Assembly: GCF_021869535.1 (NCBI RefSeq)
Contig: NW_026262690.1
Location: 116,932,001-116,996,000, forward strand
Origin: Mytilus californianus
Lineage: Eukaryota
DNA length: 64,000 nucleotides
Direction of reading: 5' to 3'
Each line of letters starts with the position of its first letter. Positions within the stretch are counted from its first letter, which is position 1. Made by a program: the position numbers and the translations under genes. A model generated the notes under the pieces. It saw only the letters and a program-made list of their open reading frames with translations, did no database searches and had not been told where the DNA came from. Positions 35,790 to 49,100 of the stretch are shown here, piece by piece.

Positions 35790-38700
35790 GATTCAAGAGG
35801 TGACACGTCTGTAGTATCTTATAATGTGCTAGCAAATAAATTTTGTAAATGAATCAAGAAGTGACACGTCTGCAGTATTTTATAATGTGCTAGGAAATAA
35901 AATGTGTTAACGAATTAAGAGGTGACACGTCTGTCGTATTTTATAATGTGCTAGGAAATAAATTGTGTTAATGAACCAAGAGGTGACACGTCTGTAGTAT
36001 TTCATGTGCTACGAAATAAATTTTGTAAATGAATCAAGAGGTGACACATCTGTAGTATTTCATAATGTGCTAGGAAATAAATTTTGTAAATGAATCAAGA
36101 GGTGACACGTCTGTAGTATTTCATAATGTGCTAGCAAATAAATTTTGTAAATGAATCAAGAGGTGACACGTCTGTAGTATTTCATAATGTGCTAGGAAAT
36201 AAATTGTGTTAATGAATCAAGAGGTGACACGTCTGTAGTATTTCATAATGTGCTAGGAAATAAATTTTGTTACTGAATCAAGAGGTGACACGTCTGTAGT
36301 ATTTCATGTGCTAGCAAATAAATTTTGTAAATGAATCAAGAGGTGACACGTCTGTAGTATTTTATAATGTGCTAGGAAATAAATTGTATTAATGAATCAA
36401 GAGGTGACACGACTGTAGTATTTTATAATGTGCTACTCAATAAATTTTGTAAACGAATCAAGAGGTGACACGTCTGTAGTATTTCATAATGTGCTACGAA
36501 ATAAATTTTGTAAATGAATCAAGAGGTGACACGTCTACGTCTGTAGTATTTCCTAATGTGCTACGAAATAAATTTTGTAAATGAATCAAGAGGTGACACG
36601 TCTGTAGTGTTTTATACTGTGCTAGGAAATAAATTTTGTTACAGAATCAAGAGGTGACATGTCTGTAGTATTTTATAATGTGCTAGGAAATAAATTGTGT
36701 TAATGAATCAAGAGGTGACACGTCTGTAGTATTTTATAATGTGCTAGCAAATAAATTGTGTTAATGAATCAAGAGGTGACACGTCTGTAGTATTTCATGT
36801 GCTAGCAAATAAATTTTGTAAATGAATCAAGAGGTGACACATCTGTAGTATTTCATAATGTGCTAGGAAATAAATTTTGTTACTGAATCAAGAGGTGACA
36901 CGTCTGTAGTATTCTTTAATGTGCTAGGAAAAAAATTGTGTTAATGAATGAAGAGGTGACACGTCTGTAGTATTTTATAATGTGTCAGGAAATAAATTTT
37001 GTAAATGAATCAAGAGGTGACACGTCTGTAGTATTTCATAATGTGCTAGCAAATAAATTTTGTAAATGAGTCAAGAGGTGACACGTCTGTAGTATTTCAT
37101 AATTTGCTAGGAAATAAATTGTGTTAATGAATCAAGAGGTGACACGTCTGTAGTATTTCATAATGTGCTAGGAAATAAATTTTGTTACTGATTCAAGAGG
37201 TGACACGTCTGTAGTATTTCATGTGCTAGCAAATTAATTTTGTTAATGAATCAAGAGGTGACACATCTGTAGTATTTCATAATGTGCTAGGAATAAATTT
37301 TGTTACTGAATCAACAGGTGACACGTCTGTAGTATCTTATAATGTGCTAGGAAATAAATTGTGTTAATGAATCAAGAGGTGACACGTCTGTAGTATTTTA
37401 TAATGTGCTAGGAAATAAATTTTGTAAATGAATCAAGAGGTGACACGTCTGTAGTATTTCATAATGTGCTAGCAAATAAATTTTGTAAATGAATCAAGAG
37501 GTGACACGTCTGTAGTATTTCATAATGTGCTAGCAAATAAATTGTGTAAATGAATCAAGAGGTGACACGTCTGTAGTATTTCATAATGTGCTAGGAAATA
37601 AACTGTGTTAATGAATCAAGAGGTGACACGTCTGTAGTATTTCATAATGTGCTAGGAAATAAATTTTGTTACTGATTCAAGAGGTGACACGTCTGTAGTA
37701 TTTCATGTGCTAGCAAATAAATTTTGTAAATGAATCAAGAGGTGACACGTCTGTAGTATTTCATAATGTGCTAGGAAATAAATTGTGTTAATGAATCAAG
37801 AGGTGACACGTCTGTAGTATTTCATAATGTGCTAGGAAATAAATTTTGTTACTGAATCAAGAGGTGACACGTCTGTAGTATTTCATGTGCTAGCAAATAA
37901 ATTTTGTAAATGAATCAAGAGGTGACACGTCTGTAGTATTTTATAATGTGCTACGAAATAAATTGTATTAATGAATCAAGAGGTGACACGTCTGTAGTAT
38001 TTTATAATGTGCTACTCAATAAATTTTGTAAACGAATCAAGAGGTGACACGTCTGTAGTATTTCATAATGTGCTACGAAATAAATTTTGTAAATGAATCA
38101 AGAGGTGACACGTTTTCGTCTGTAGTATTTCGTAATGTGCTACGACATAAATTTTGTTAATGAATCAAGAGGTGACACGTCTGTAGTATTTTATACTGTG
38201 CTAGGAAATAAATTTTGTTACAGAATCAAGAGGTGACATGTCTGTAGTATTTTATAATGTGCTAGGAAATAAATTGTGTTAATGAATCAAGAGGTGACAC
38301 GTCTGTAGTATTTTATAATGTGCAAGGAAATAAATTGTGTTAATGAATCAAGAGGTGACACGTCTGTAGTATTTCATGTGCTAGCAAATAAATTTTGTAA
38401 ATGAATCAAGAGGTGACACATCTGTAGTATTTCATAATGTGCTAGAAAATAAATTTTGTTACTGAATCAAGAGGTGACACGTCTGTAGTATCTTATAATG
38501 TGCTAGGAAATAAATTGTGTTAATGAATCAAGAGGTGACACGTCTGTAGTATTTTATAATGTGCTAGGAAATAGATTTTGTAAATGAATCAAGAGGTGAC
38601 ACGTCTGTAGTATTTCATAATGTGCTAGGAAATAAATTTGGTAAATGAATCAAGAGGTGACACGTCTGTAGTATTTCATAATGTGCTAGCAAATAAATTG

Positions 38701-39216
38701 TGTAAATGAATCAAGAGGTGACACGTCTGTAGTATTTCATAATGTGCTAGGAAATAAACTGTGTTAATGAATCAAGAGGTGACACGTCTGTAGTATTTCA
38801 TAATGTGCTAGGAAATAAATTTTGTTACTGATTCAAGAGGTGACACGTCTGTAGTATTTCATGTGCTAGCAAATAAATTTTGTAAATGAATCAAGAGGTG
38901 ACATGTCTGTAGTATTTCATAATGTGCTAGGAAATAAATTTTGTTACTGAATCAAGAGGTGACACGTCTGTAGTATTTTATAACGTGCTAGGAAATAAAT
39001 TGTGTTAATGAATCAAGAGGTGACACGTATGTAGTATTTTATAATGTGCTACTCAATAAATTTTGTAAATGATTCAAGAGGTGACACGTCTGTAGTATTT
39101 CATGTGCTAGCAAATAATTTTGTAAATGAATCAAGAGGTGACACATCTGTAGTATTTCATAATGTGCTAGGAAATAAATTTTGTTACTGAATCAAGAGGT
39201 GACACGTCTGTAGTAT
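35790..39216. repeat. 61-bp tandem array (with 58-bp variants), left segment, roughly 56 copies
   Basis: Unit GAATCAAGAGGTGACACGTCTGTAGTATTTCATAATGTGCTAGGAAATAAATTTTGTAAAT. Confidence 0.97.
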
Positions 39217-40893
39217 TTATACGACCGCAAAAAAATTTTGCGGTCGTATATTGGTATGACGTTGGCGTCGTCGCCGCCGTCGTCGTCGTCATTGTCGTCC
39301 GGCGTCGTCCGAAGACACATTGGTTTTCGCACAATAACTTTAGTTTAAGTGAATGGGTCTAAAAATTTTTACCATAAGGTTCAATATCACAAAAGGAAGG
39401 TTAGGATTGATTATGGGGGTTTGTTACCAACAGTTAAGGAATTAGGTGCCAAAAAGGGGCCAAAAATAAGCATTTTTGTAACTTCCAGACAATAACTTGT
39501 GTGTTAGTGTATGGATCTCTCTGACATTGTACCACAAGGTTCCATATCACAAAGGAAATGCTGGGATTGATTTTGGAGGTAATTGCCTCAAAATTTTAGG
39601 AATTAGGGGCAATAAAAGGGGCAAAAAACAAGCATTTTTCTAGTTTCATGACAATAACTTGTGTGTAAGTGTATGGATCTTTCTGAAATTGTACTACAAG
39701 GTTCCATATCACAAAGGGCTGCTGGAATTGAGTTTGGGGGTAATTGCCCAAAACGGTTAGGAATAAGGGGCCAAAAATAAGCATTTTTCTAGTTTCCAGA
39801 CAATAACTTGTGTTCAAGTGTATGGATCTCTCTGAAATTGTACTGCAAGGTACCATACCACAAAGGAAATGCTGGGGTTGATTTTGGGGGTAATTGCCTC
39901 AAAATTTTAGGAATTAGGGCCAAAAAACAAGCATTTTTCTAGTTTCATGACAATAACTTGTGTGTAAGTGGATGGATCTTTCTGAAATTGTACTACAAGG
40001 TTCCATATCACAAAGGGAAAGCTGGAATTGAATTTGGGGGTAATTACCTCAAAGTTTTAGGAATTAGGGGCCAATAAGGGGCAAAAAACAAGCATTTTTC
40101 TAGTTTCAGGACAATAACTTGTGTGTAAGTGTAAGGATCTGTATGAAAATGTACTACAAGGTTCCGTATCACAAAGGGGAAGCTGGGTTTGAGTTTGGGG
40201 GTAATTGCCTTAAACGTTAAGGAATTTGGGGCCAAAAAGGGGCCAAAAAACAAGCATTTTTACAGTTTCCAGACAATAACTTGTGTTCAAGTGTATGGAT
40301 CTCTCTGAAATTGTACTGCAAGGTACCATACCACAAAGGGAAGGCTGGGATTGAGTTGGGGTGATGAATCATAAGGGGGTTAAAAAATTGGAGGGGGGAT
40401 TTTTTTTTCCTTTTTTTTTATTCTTTAAAATTTTCCATTTTAAGTTGGTTATTTTTTATTTATATATAAAAGCAAATAATAATGATATGGTTTGATTTCA
40501 TTAAAAATTGAAATATTGGGGTTCTTTGATATGCTAAATCTAACCGTGTATTTAGATTCTTAATGTTTGGTCCCGTTTTCAAGGTCCAAAGGGTCCAAAA
40601 TTAAACTTAGTTTGATTTTAACAAAAATTGAATTCTTGGGGTTTTTTGATATGCTGAATCTAACCGTGTATGTATTTCGATTTTGGATATTGGACCATAA
40701 TAGGTAAACTAAAATTTTTTTAGTTCTTAGACCACATTCATTTTGTGTCAGAAATCTATGCTGTGTCAAATATTTAATCACAATCCAAATTCAGAGCTGT
40801 ATCAAGCTTGAATGTTGTGTCCATACTTGTCCCAACTGTTCAGGGTTCGACTTCTGCGGTCATATCAAGCTGCGTCCAGCGGAGCATTTTATT
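39217..40893 (+). mobile_element. HINE-like element B (element A family) inserted in the 61-bp array
   Basis: ATACGACCGCA 39219-29 with inverted copy 39239-49; (GTC)n tract; six to seven 149-162-bp repeats; 3' sub-TIR TGCGGTCATAT 40855-65, then hairpin and ATTTTATT. Confidence 0.85.
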
Positions 40894-41536
40894 TATACTT
40901 TGCTAGGAAATAAGTTTTGTAAATGAATCAAGAGGTGACACGTCTGTAGTATTTCATAATGTGCTAGGAAATAAATTGTGTTAATGAATCAAGAGGTGAC
41001 ACGTCTGTAGTATTTCATAATGTGCTAGGAAATAAATTTTGTTACTGAATCAAGAGGTGACACGTCTGTAGTATTTTATAACGTGCTAGGAAATAAATTG
41101 TGTTAATTAAGCAAGAGGTGACACGTCTGTAGAATTTCATAATGTGCTACGAAATAAATTTTGTAAATGAATCAAGAGGTGACACTTCTGTAGTATCTTA
41201 TAATGTGCTAGGAAATAAATTGTGTTAATGAATCAAGAGGTGACACGTCTGTCGTATTTTATAATGTGCTACGAAATAAATTTTGTAAATGAACCAAGAG
41301 GTGACACTTCTGTAGTATCTTATAATGTGCTAGGAAATAAATTGTGTTAATGAATCAAGAGGTGACACGTCTGTAGTATTTTATAATGTGCTAGGAAATA
41401 AATTTTGTAAATGAATCAAGAGGTGACACACCTGTACATGTAGTATTTTAAACTGTGCTAGGAAATAAATTTTGTAAATGAATCAAGAGGTGACACGTCT
41501 GTAGTATTCTATAATGTGCTAGGAAATAAATTTTGT
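40894..41536. repeat. 61-bp tandem array, right segment, roughly 10-11 copies
   Basis: Same unit, resuming in register after element B. Confidence 0.97.
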
Positions 41537-43122
41537 ATTGCAAATTTGATATGAACAGGATCTGAGAAGTTTGAACATAAAAATTAAATCTATGGTCAAT
41601 CCACTACTATCAATAAAATTCTATATAAACTGTTTGACCTGGTGATTAACAACTCAGAAAATAAACTATAGAAAGTGTCTGCAAGCTAAATGTCTGAACA
41701 GTACTGTTTTTGCTACAATAAACATGTTTGATTATGACTGATAACAAAACATTGCTTAAATTCATATTTTATGAGGGCCATCGTTGGCTAAATGGTCTAA
41801 GTAGTTCATTGATTGTATCACTTGCCTGTCAACACAAAGGTTGCCAGTTCCAGTCCTGCACATGGCAGGTGTGTTCGACTCCAATATTGACTAGTATTTC
41901 CAGTTTTCCTGCTATAAGTTGGTGATATTGTGTATCAATTCATTACAGCAATATGGGCACATAAAAAAGCAAACGAACAGCACTACTTCTCAAAGTAACA
42001 GTGATTATATTAGTACAGAATATTATTACTAGTGATGGACTTCAAACTCTAAATAGACACATGCATCGATTCTATTGGTTTTGTACTGCAGTATTAAGGA
42101 TTTTTCAGAAATTAATTAAAATGGACACCTGCATATAATTCAAAAGGCGATATTTCAATGGTATTTCAGAATAGATTTAAAATTATGCAAAATATGGGGG
42201 GAAGACAACAACGGGACAATAAAAAAACAGAAGTCAAAGAAAAAAAGACAACACCATAGGCAAAACAATCATGAAGATAAGACAGACAACAGCCCACAAA
42301 CCACACACCATAACACTAAAGATAGAGCAACACATCTGCCACCAAAAAACTGAGATTCTCAAGCGTCTGAAATAGCAAGCAGTTTTTATTCCAAGTATGG
42401 TACTGGTTCTATTCCAAGTATGGTTCTGGTTCTGCTTCTAATGTCAAACAAACAAGCTAGTGATTAGTCACATTTGTCAATGTCACAATCAAGGAAAGAG
42501 GACAGAACTGTGGAACATACCCTTCGTCATTCATAAAGGTCATGAAAGTTGCAAGCACCTATTTTGAATTTGACAAAGACAAAGTTTCAAAATACAGTTC
42601 AGGTAATTCAAGTTCATATGCAATACAAAAGAAACAGCCAATGAAAAACAGTATAACATAAATGTTGAATTAGTTAAGACGGTATTTTGTTATCAAATTA
42701 CCAATTTCTTCCTGACCTAACTACCGGTATTTTAAACATGTTCAAGTTCAAAATAAAACTTTTTTGATCTCTTACTGCTATTAAACTGAAGTTCGAAAAC
42801 AAAAGAAAATAATAATTCATAACCATTGACAAGGAATATAATCCATAAATATTTCCTTAAAGAAAAAAGGAGAGAACAGATATCAAGAGTTGGTACAGTT
42901 CTTTATAAATGTAAACAATTTTATTATTTTTTCATTTACAGAAAACATATCATGAAGAAATAATCCAAGTAATAAATTATTGTTGTTTTAGACTGAAGTC
43001 TGCAATGTATGCATGTCTGTCCCTCTATCTCATTGAACCAGAACAATGCATTTCCTTTCATCCGAACCTTGGTCCAACAACCTTTCATAGAATGGTCTCA
43101 CTTTCGAAATGTAACATGTTTT

Positions 43123-46100
43123 TTATGTAATTTTGATTCTCTTTATTCTGTAATAGTTTATATAGAGGTGAGCTGCACCAATAATTACACCTGTACAATA
43201 TCCAAACAGTGTCCCCACTACACAGGTAATTGGCCATTCCTGAAAAAGATATCAATTAATTAAAATATTTTACATTGAATTTCTTTACTGCAGTCCAGAT
43301 GTCAGAGGAAATCATGCAAGTATAAATAGGAAAATGCAATCAATAGCCAAAAATATTGTAATAAATAATAAAAAAAAATCTTCAACCGTTTCAAAAAGGA
43401 AATGTGTTTTAAGAAGACATGACTGAGAAACTGATGTTGTATCATTGATGTCAAGCAATCAAAGAAACGACTGGATATAGTAATAAAAAACAATTGTTGT
43501 TAAAACACTGAATTGAAAAATATGCTTTCTTTATTACTGATTAGTAAAATTTAAAAAGAATGCTTTTCTCCAAAGAATAATACACTCTTTATCATTTTTC
43601 AAATATTTTCATTGCAGTTAACAGGAGCTTTTGTATTGACCTATGCAATTTATAAAAACTTTTACATAAAAGATATAGAAATTTCAAGTGCTGATACAAA
43701 TAACAGGATTATACAATTAACAGGTACATGTATGTAAACTAAGTGGAGATACCTGTACTGAAGTTTATCACACATTTAGGGTTATATTTAAATCTTTATA
43801 TCTTGATTTTTTATAATAAACACTGATTGGTAAAACAATACTTTTAAACATCACCAAATTGATACTTCTTTATGTTTTTTTTATTTTGGATCAATTTACT
43901 GTATTTAAGACGAAGATTTTTTTTTCTTACATCACTTAAGATATTGTTGAAGTTTTTTAAATCATAGAAACCAGCATTAGTGAAGACATTATTTACCTTT
44001 CTTAAGTTTTATGTAGACCCTTTGGCTAAAATGGCTGCGTTTTTAGCTCAAAATTTACTCTAAGTACAGCATCTGGAAAAGTTTTAAGGCATAGCATGCC
44101 CTAGATAAATAAAATTCAAATTCATTTTATGTTTTAGAAAATTTAAAATTTAACTGGATTTGCTGTGTACTTTTTTTCGTCCCAGCAGAAGGTGCCAAAA
44201 TTAACACCACTGTCCCAGGTTAGGGGGAGGGTTGAGCGCTCACAAACATGTTTAACCCCACCACATTCTTTATGTGCCTGTCCCAAGTCAGGAGTCTGTA
44301 GTTCAGTGGTTGTCATTGGTTCATGTCTGTCATATTTGTTTTTTATAAATTAGGCCGTTAGTTTTCTCAATTGAATTGTTTCATATTTTTCATGTCGGGG
44401 CCTTTTATATAGTCGACCATACAGTATGGATTTTTCTCATTGTTGAAGGCCATACAGTTGCCTATAATTGCTAACATCCTTTCAATTGAACTTTGGTGGA
44501 TAGTTGGCTCATTGGCAATCATAACACATCTCCTTATTTTTATAAATAGTTGAGTTTCACTTGATATGGTCCACTCAGGTACACAGTTTAAATCACCAAT
44601 TATTGTCAGGTAGCTATTGTCCATCTATTGTCCATGTCAATCAATACAGTTCACTTCAATTATTACCTGTGGGGAAGTTCTCAAACCTCTTTCCCAACTT
44701 TTATTTTGGCACCTTCTGGAGGAATGAAAAAAGTGCACTGCAAAATCCTGTTTATAATTTTTTTAAAGAAAATGTATTTGAATTTTATTTATCTAGAGCA
44801 TGCTATGCCTTAAATTTTTTCCAGATCCTCAGGTTTTTCTGTACTCTGAGTGTTTTTTTGAGGTGAAAAAGCAGCCATTTTAGTCAAAGTGTCCACATGA
44901 ACTTAAATATAAGGTAGTTTCAACTTGCTTTCAATTACTTCAATAATACTTTTATAATATATTATACTTTATCGTACCGCTATGTTTTTATTCTGATTTA
45001 AGGACAAGCTATTTCACAGATTTTAGTAAAATTTTGTTCTATGAAACATTTCACAAAACTCTGTCACAAAGCCCATTTACTGTACCTTGACCGTAAATAC
45101 AGATCCTGTGACCCCTCTTTTTTCCCAGGATCTGACAATGCTTGATTCTTCTTTATATTCTGATAGTTATTACAGCATACAATTCAGACTTTGTCTAGAT
45201 TCAGATCTATTTACCTGCCATGGTCTGTCCCAGTCCAGTGGTATGGGGAAAGCTCCTAACCAGGCACCTATTATACTACATATAGTAGAGAAATACACTA
45301 TGGATTCGGCTCCAAGTTCTGGACTACAATCAAAATATAATTCATTAAAAGTAACATCATCATGCATGTATAACAGTAATTTTTTTCATTCATTGCAAGT
45401 AATATAGTAAAAATATATGCTACATCAAAATAAATATATGAAGTCATGATTATAAAATGTTATAAACTGTCAAAGTGACTTGTTGATTTCCCTAGATACT
45501 GTATTCCAAAAGACCACTTTTGAGTTTGTTGCATTTCCATCAAAAACTTTGGTTTTAGTGAACATCATTTGTGTGTTTAGAAGCATTGTCGCTTCCTTCC
45601 CGTGTTGAGCCAGAGGGTGAAAAAATATGATGCTATATTGCACGAATTATCATGATTATTGGGCAAATTAAATTCTTATAATTAATAATCAGCACTGCTC
45701 TGTCATTAGGGAATTGTGATGAAGTACCTACAGAACAAACATTATTTCTAGTTTATCCTGCCTAATGATGATCACAAAGACGCTTGATGATCTTTAATAG
45801 TGCAGGGATACAGGCGAACCCCTCTATCTGGTAAATGACAGCATAAAGGCGCACATAATTGATGAACTTTTCCGATAAGGACATTACTCGAAAGTGGTCT
45901 ATTAATATTCACTATTAATTTATTTACTTGTCTTTTGCAAGTATAAAAAATGATGTGGATATAAATCTTATATAAGTTTTTTAAAGCAGAGGAAACTTGA
46001 GCACCCAGAAAACCTCTCACCTTTGGCAAGAAAACTGGCGACCATTGTCAAATGCATCTCCCATAAGCTGGGTTGGAACTAACAACCTCAGTGTTGACAG

Positions 46101-49100
46101 TTCTGGTGATCATTGTAGATGAACTACTTAGGGAACGACTATTGAACTTCAAGGGGGGTTACAGTTTTTATAATATAGTGCCATGATGACTGAATGAAAA
46201 TACATGTACCTGTTTTGTGCAAATATTCTGATCCACTGTACTGTACTGGTACCCATCACACACAGAGCTGGTAATACAACTGTAGCTGACATGGTCATAC
46301 CAAAGTGAAATGTCTCTGCTGAAGATCTAAAAATATAGGATAATTATCTTAAAACTGTACTGTCATCATAAAATGACAAATGTTGACTTAGTTTTCTATC
46401 AATAATGACAATTTTAATAAACTGCTTCGCTCAGCGAAGCTGGATACGCCCGCAGAGGTCCAACCCTGAACAGTTGGGGCAAAAAAAGGACACAATATTC
46501 AGGCTTGATACAGGTCTGAATTTGGATTGTTATTAAATATTTGACATATTATAGGTTTCTGAATAAATGTAGTCAAAGAACTTGAAATTGGTTATATGAA
46601 TTAAATTTATATTCAATTAAAGCAATACACTGTGCTGTTGCTCAATACTTAGTAAATCTGTTGTCAGACTATAAACAAATAAAGTTCAATTAATTCTCAA
46701 TGTCATATTAGAAATTTATGAAAATATAAAGGGAGCTTACATCAATAGATATAAACAATTCACCAACTTCATGAGAATTGCTGACAGCATTTTTGAGTTA
46801 TTGTCCGAAAACTGGAAAATCCCACCTGAAAAAAACCCCACAACTCAGAAATGATAAATGAAAAATTTATAAAATTCTAAACGGAGCTTACATCAATTGA
46901 TATAAACAATTCACCAAAGTTTCATAAGAACTGCTTAAAAGCATTTTTGATTTTTTGTCCGAAAACTGGAAAATCCCCTTTCTTTATGAACAAGAGTGCA
47001 CACGCTGAACTGTCTCGCCTTCTTTACTACCCATTGATATTATGTTGATAGTCCTAAATGAAAGCTTTACTACAACTATTACATAAACTTAACATGATCC
47101 AAGAAAATGAAGTCAAGGTCATATAAACCAAACGAGAAATACATGTACACCTTACAATCATTCAATACACTAAATATAGTTGACCTATTGCTTATAGTTT
47201 CTAAAAAACAGACTTAACCAAGAAAACTAAACATTGACCAATGAATCGTGAAAATGAGGTCAAGGTCAGATGAACCATGCCAGGCAGACATGAACAGCTT
47301 ACAATCCTTCCATACAACAAATATAGCTGACCTATTGCTTATAGTTTAAGAAAAACAGACTGAAACACATAAACTTAACACTGAGCAATGAACCGTGAAA
47401 ATGAGGTCAAGGTCAAATAAAACCTGCGAGACTGACATGTACATCATAGAATATTTCCATACACCAAATATAGTTGACTTATTGCATATAGTATAAGAAA
47501 AAAGACCAAAACTCAAAAACTTAACTTTGACCACTGAACCATGAAAATGAGGTCAAAGTCAGATGACACCTGCCAGTTGGACATGTACACCTTACAATCA
47601 TTCCATACACCAAATATAGTAGACCTATTGCATAAAGTATAAGAAAAACGGACCAAAACACAAAAACTTAACTATAACCACTGAACCATGAAAATGAGGT
47701 CAAGGTCAGATGACACCTGCCAGCAAGACATGTACACCTTACAATCATTCCATACACCAAATATAGTAGACCTATTGCATACAGTATAAGAAAAACAGAC
47801 CAAAACACAAAAACTTAACTATAACCACTGAACCATGAAAATGAGGTCAGGGTCAGATGACACCTGCCAGTTGGACATGTACACCTTACAGTCCTTCCAT
47901 ACACCGAATATACTAGACCTATTGCTTATAGTATCTGAGATATGGACTTGACCACCAAAACTTAACCTTGTTCACTGATCCATGAAATGAGGTGGAGGTC
48001 AAGTGAAAACTGTCTGACATGCATGAGGACCTTGCAAGGTACGCCCATACCAAATATAGTTATCCTATTACTTATAATAAGAGAGAATTTAACATTACAA
48101 AAAATCTTAACTTTTTTTTCAAGTAGTCACTGAACCATGAAAATGAGGTCAAGGACATTGGACATGTGACTGACGGAAACTTCGTAACATGAGGCATCCA
48201 TATACAAAGTATGAAGCATCCAGGTCTTCCACCTTCTAAAATATAAAGCTTTTAAGAAGTTAGCTAACGCCGCCGCCGCCGCCGGATCACTATCCCTATG
48301 TCGAGCTTTCTGCGACAAAAGTCGCAGGCTCGACAATAAAAGCCTGTAACTCGGAAATGTAAAATCTAAAATATATAAAAATTGAAAGGGATCTCATGTC
48401 AATAGATATAAACAATTCACCACAATTTCTTGCAAGCTGGTGAAAGCATTCTTGAGTTATTGTCCGCAAACTGGAAAATCCCCCTTTTTTTAATGAATAA
48501 AACCCCATAACTCGGAAACGTAAAATCTAAAATTTATAAAAATCGAAAGGGAGCTCATGTCAATAGATATTAACAATTCACCACAATTTCTTGCAAGTTG
48601 GTGAAAGATGATTCTTGAGTTATTGTCCGAAAACTGGAAAATCCCCCTTTTTATAATGAATAAAACCCAATAACTCGGAAACGTAAAATCTAAAATTTAT
48701 AAAAAACGAAAGGGAGCTCACGTCAATAGATATAAACAATTCACCACAATTTCTTGCAAGCTGGTGAAAGCATTCTTGAGTTATTGTCCGCAAACTGGAA
48801 AATCCCCCTTTTTTTAATGAATAAAACCCCATAACTCGGAAACGTAAAATCTAAAATTTATAAAAATCGAAAGGGAGCTCATGTCAATAGATATTAACAA
48901 TTCACCACAATTTCTTGCAAGTTGGTGAAAGATGATTCTTGAGTTATTGTCCGAAAACTGGAAAATCCCCCTTTTTATAATGAATAAAACCCAATAACTC
49001 GGAAACGTAAAATCTAAAATTTATAAAAAATGAAAGGGAGCTCACGTCAATATATATAAACAATTCACCAAAGTTTTATTCAAATTGGTTAAAGCATTTT

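Noticed and set aside
35790-41536. Idea that the 61-bp array is a bank of CRE/AP-1 decoy sites for the neighbouring bZIP genes
   Set aside because: The unit contains GTGACACGTC but no TGACGTCA, TGACTCA or TTACGT site.
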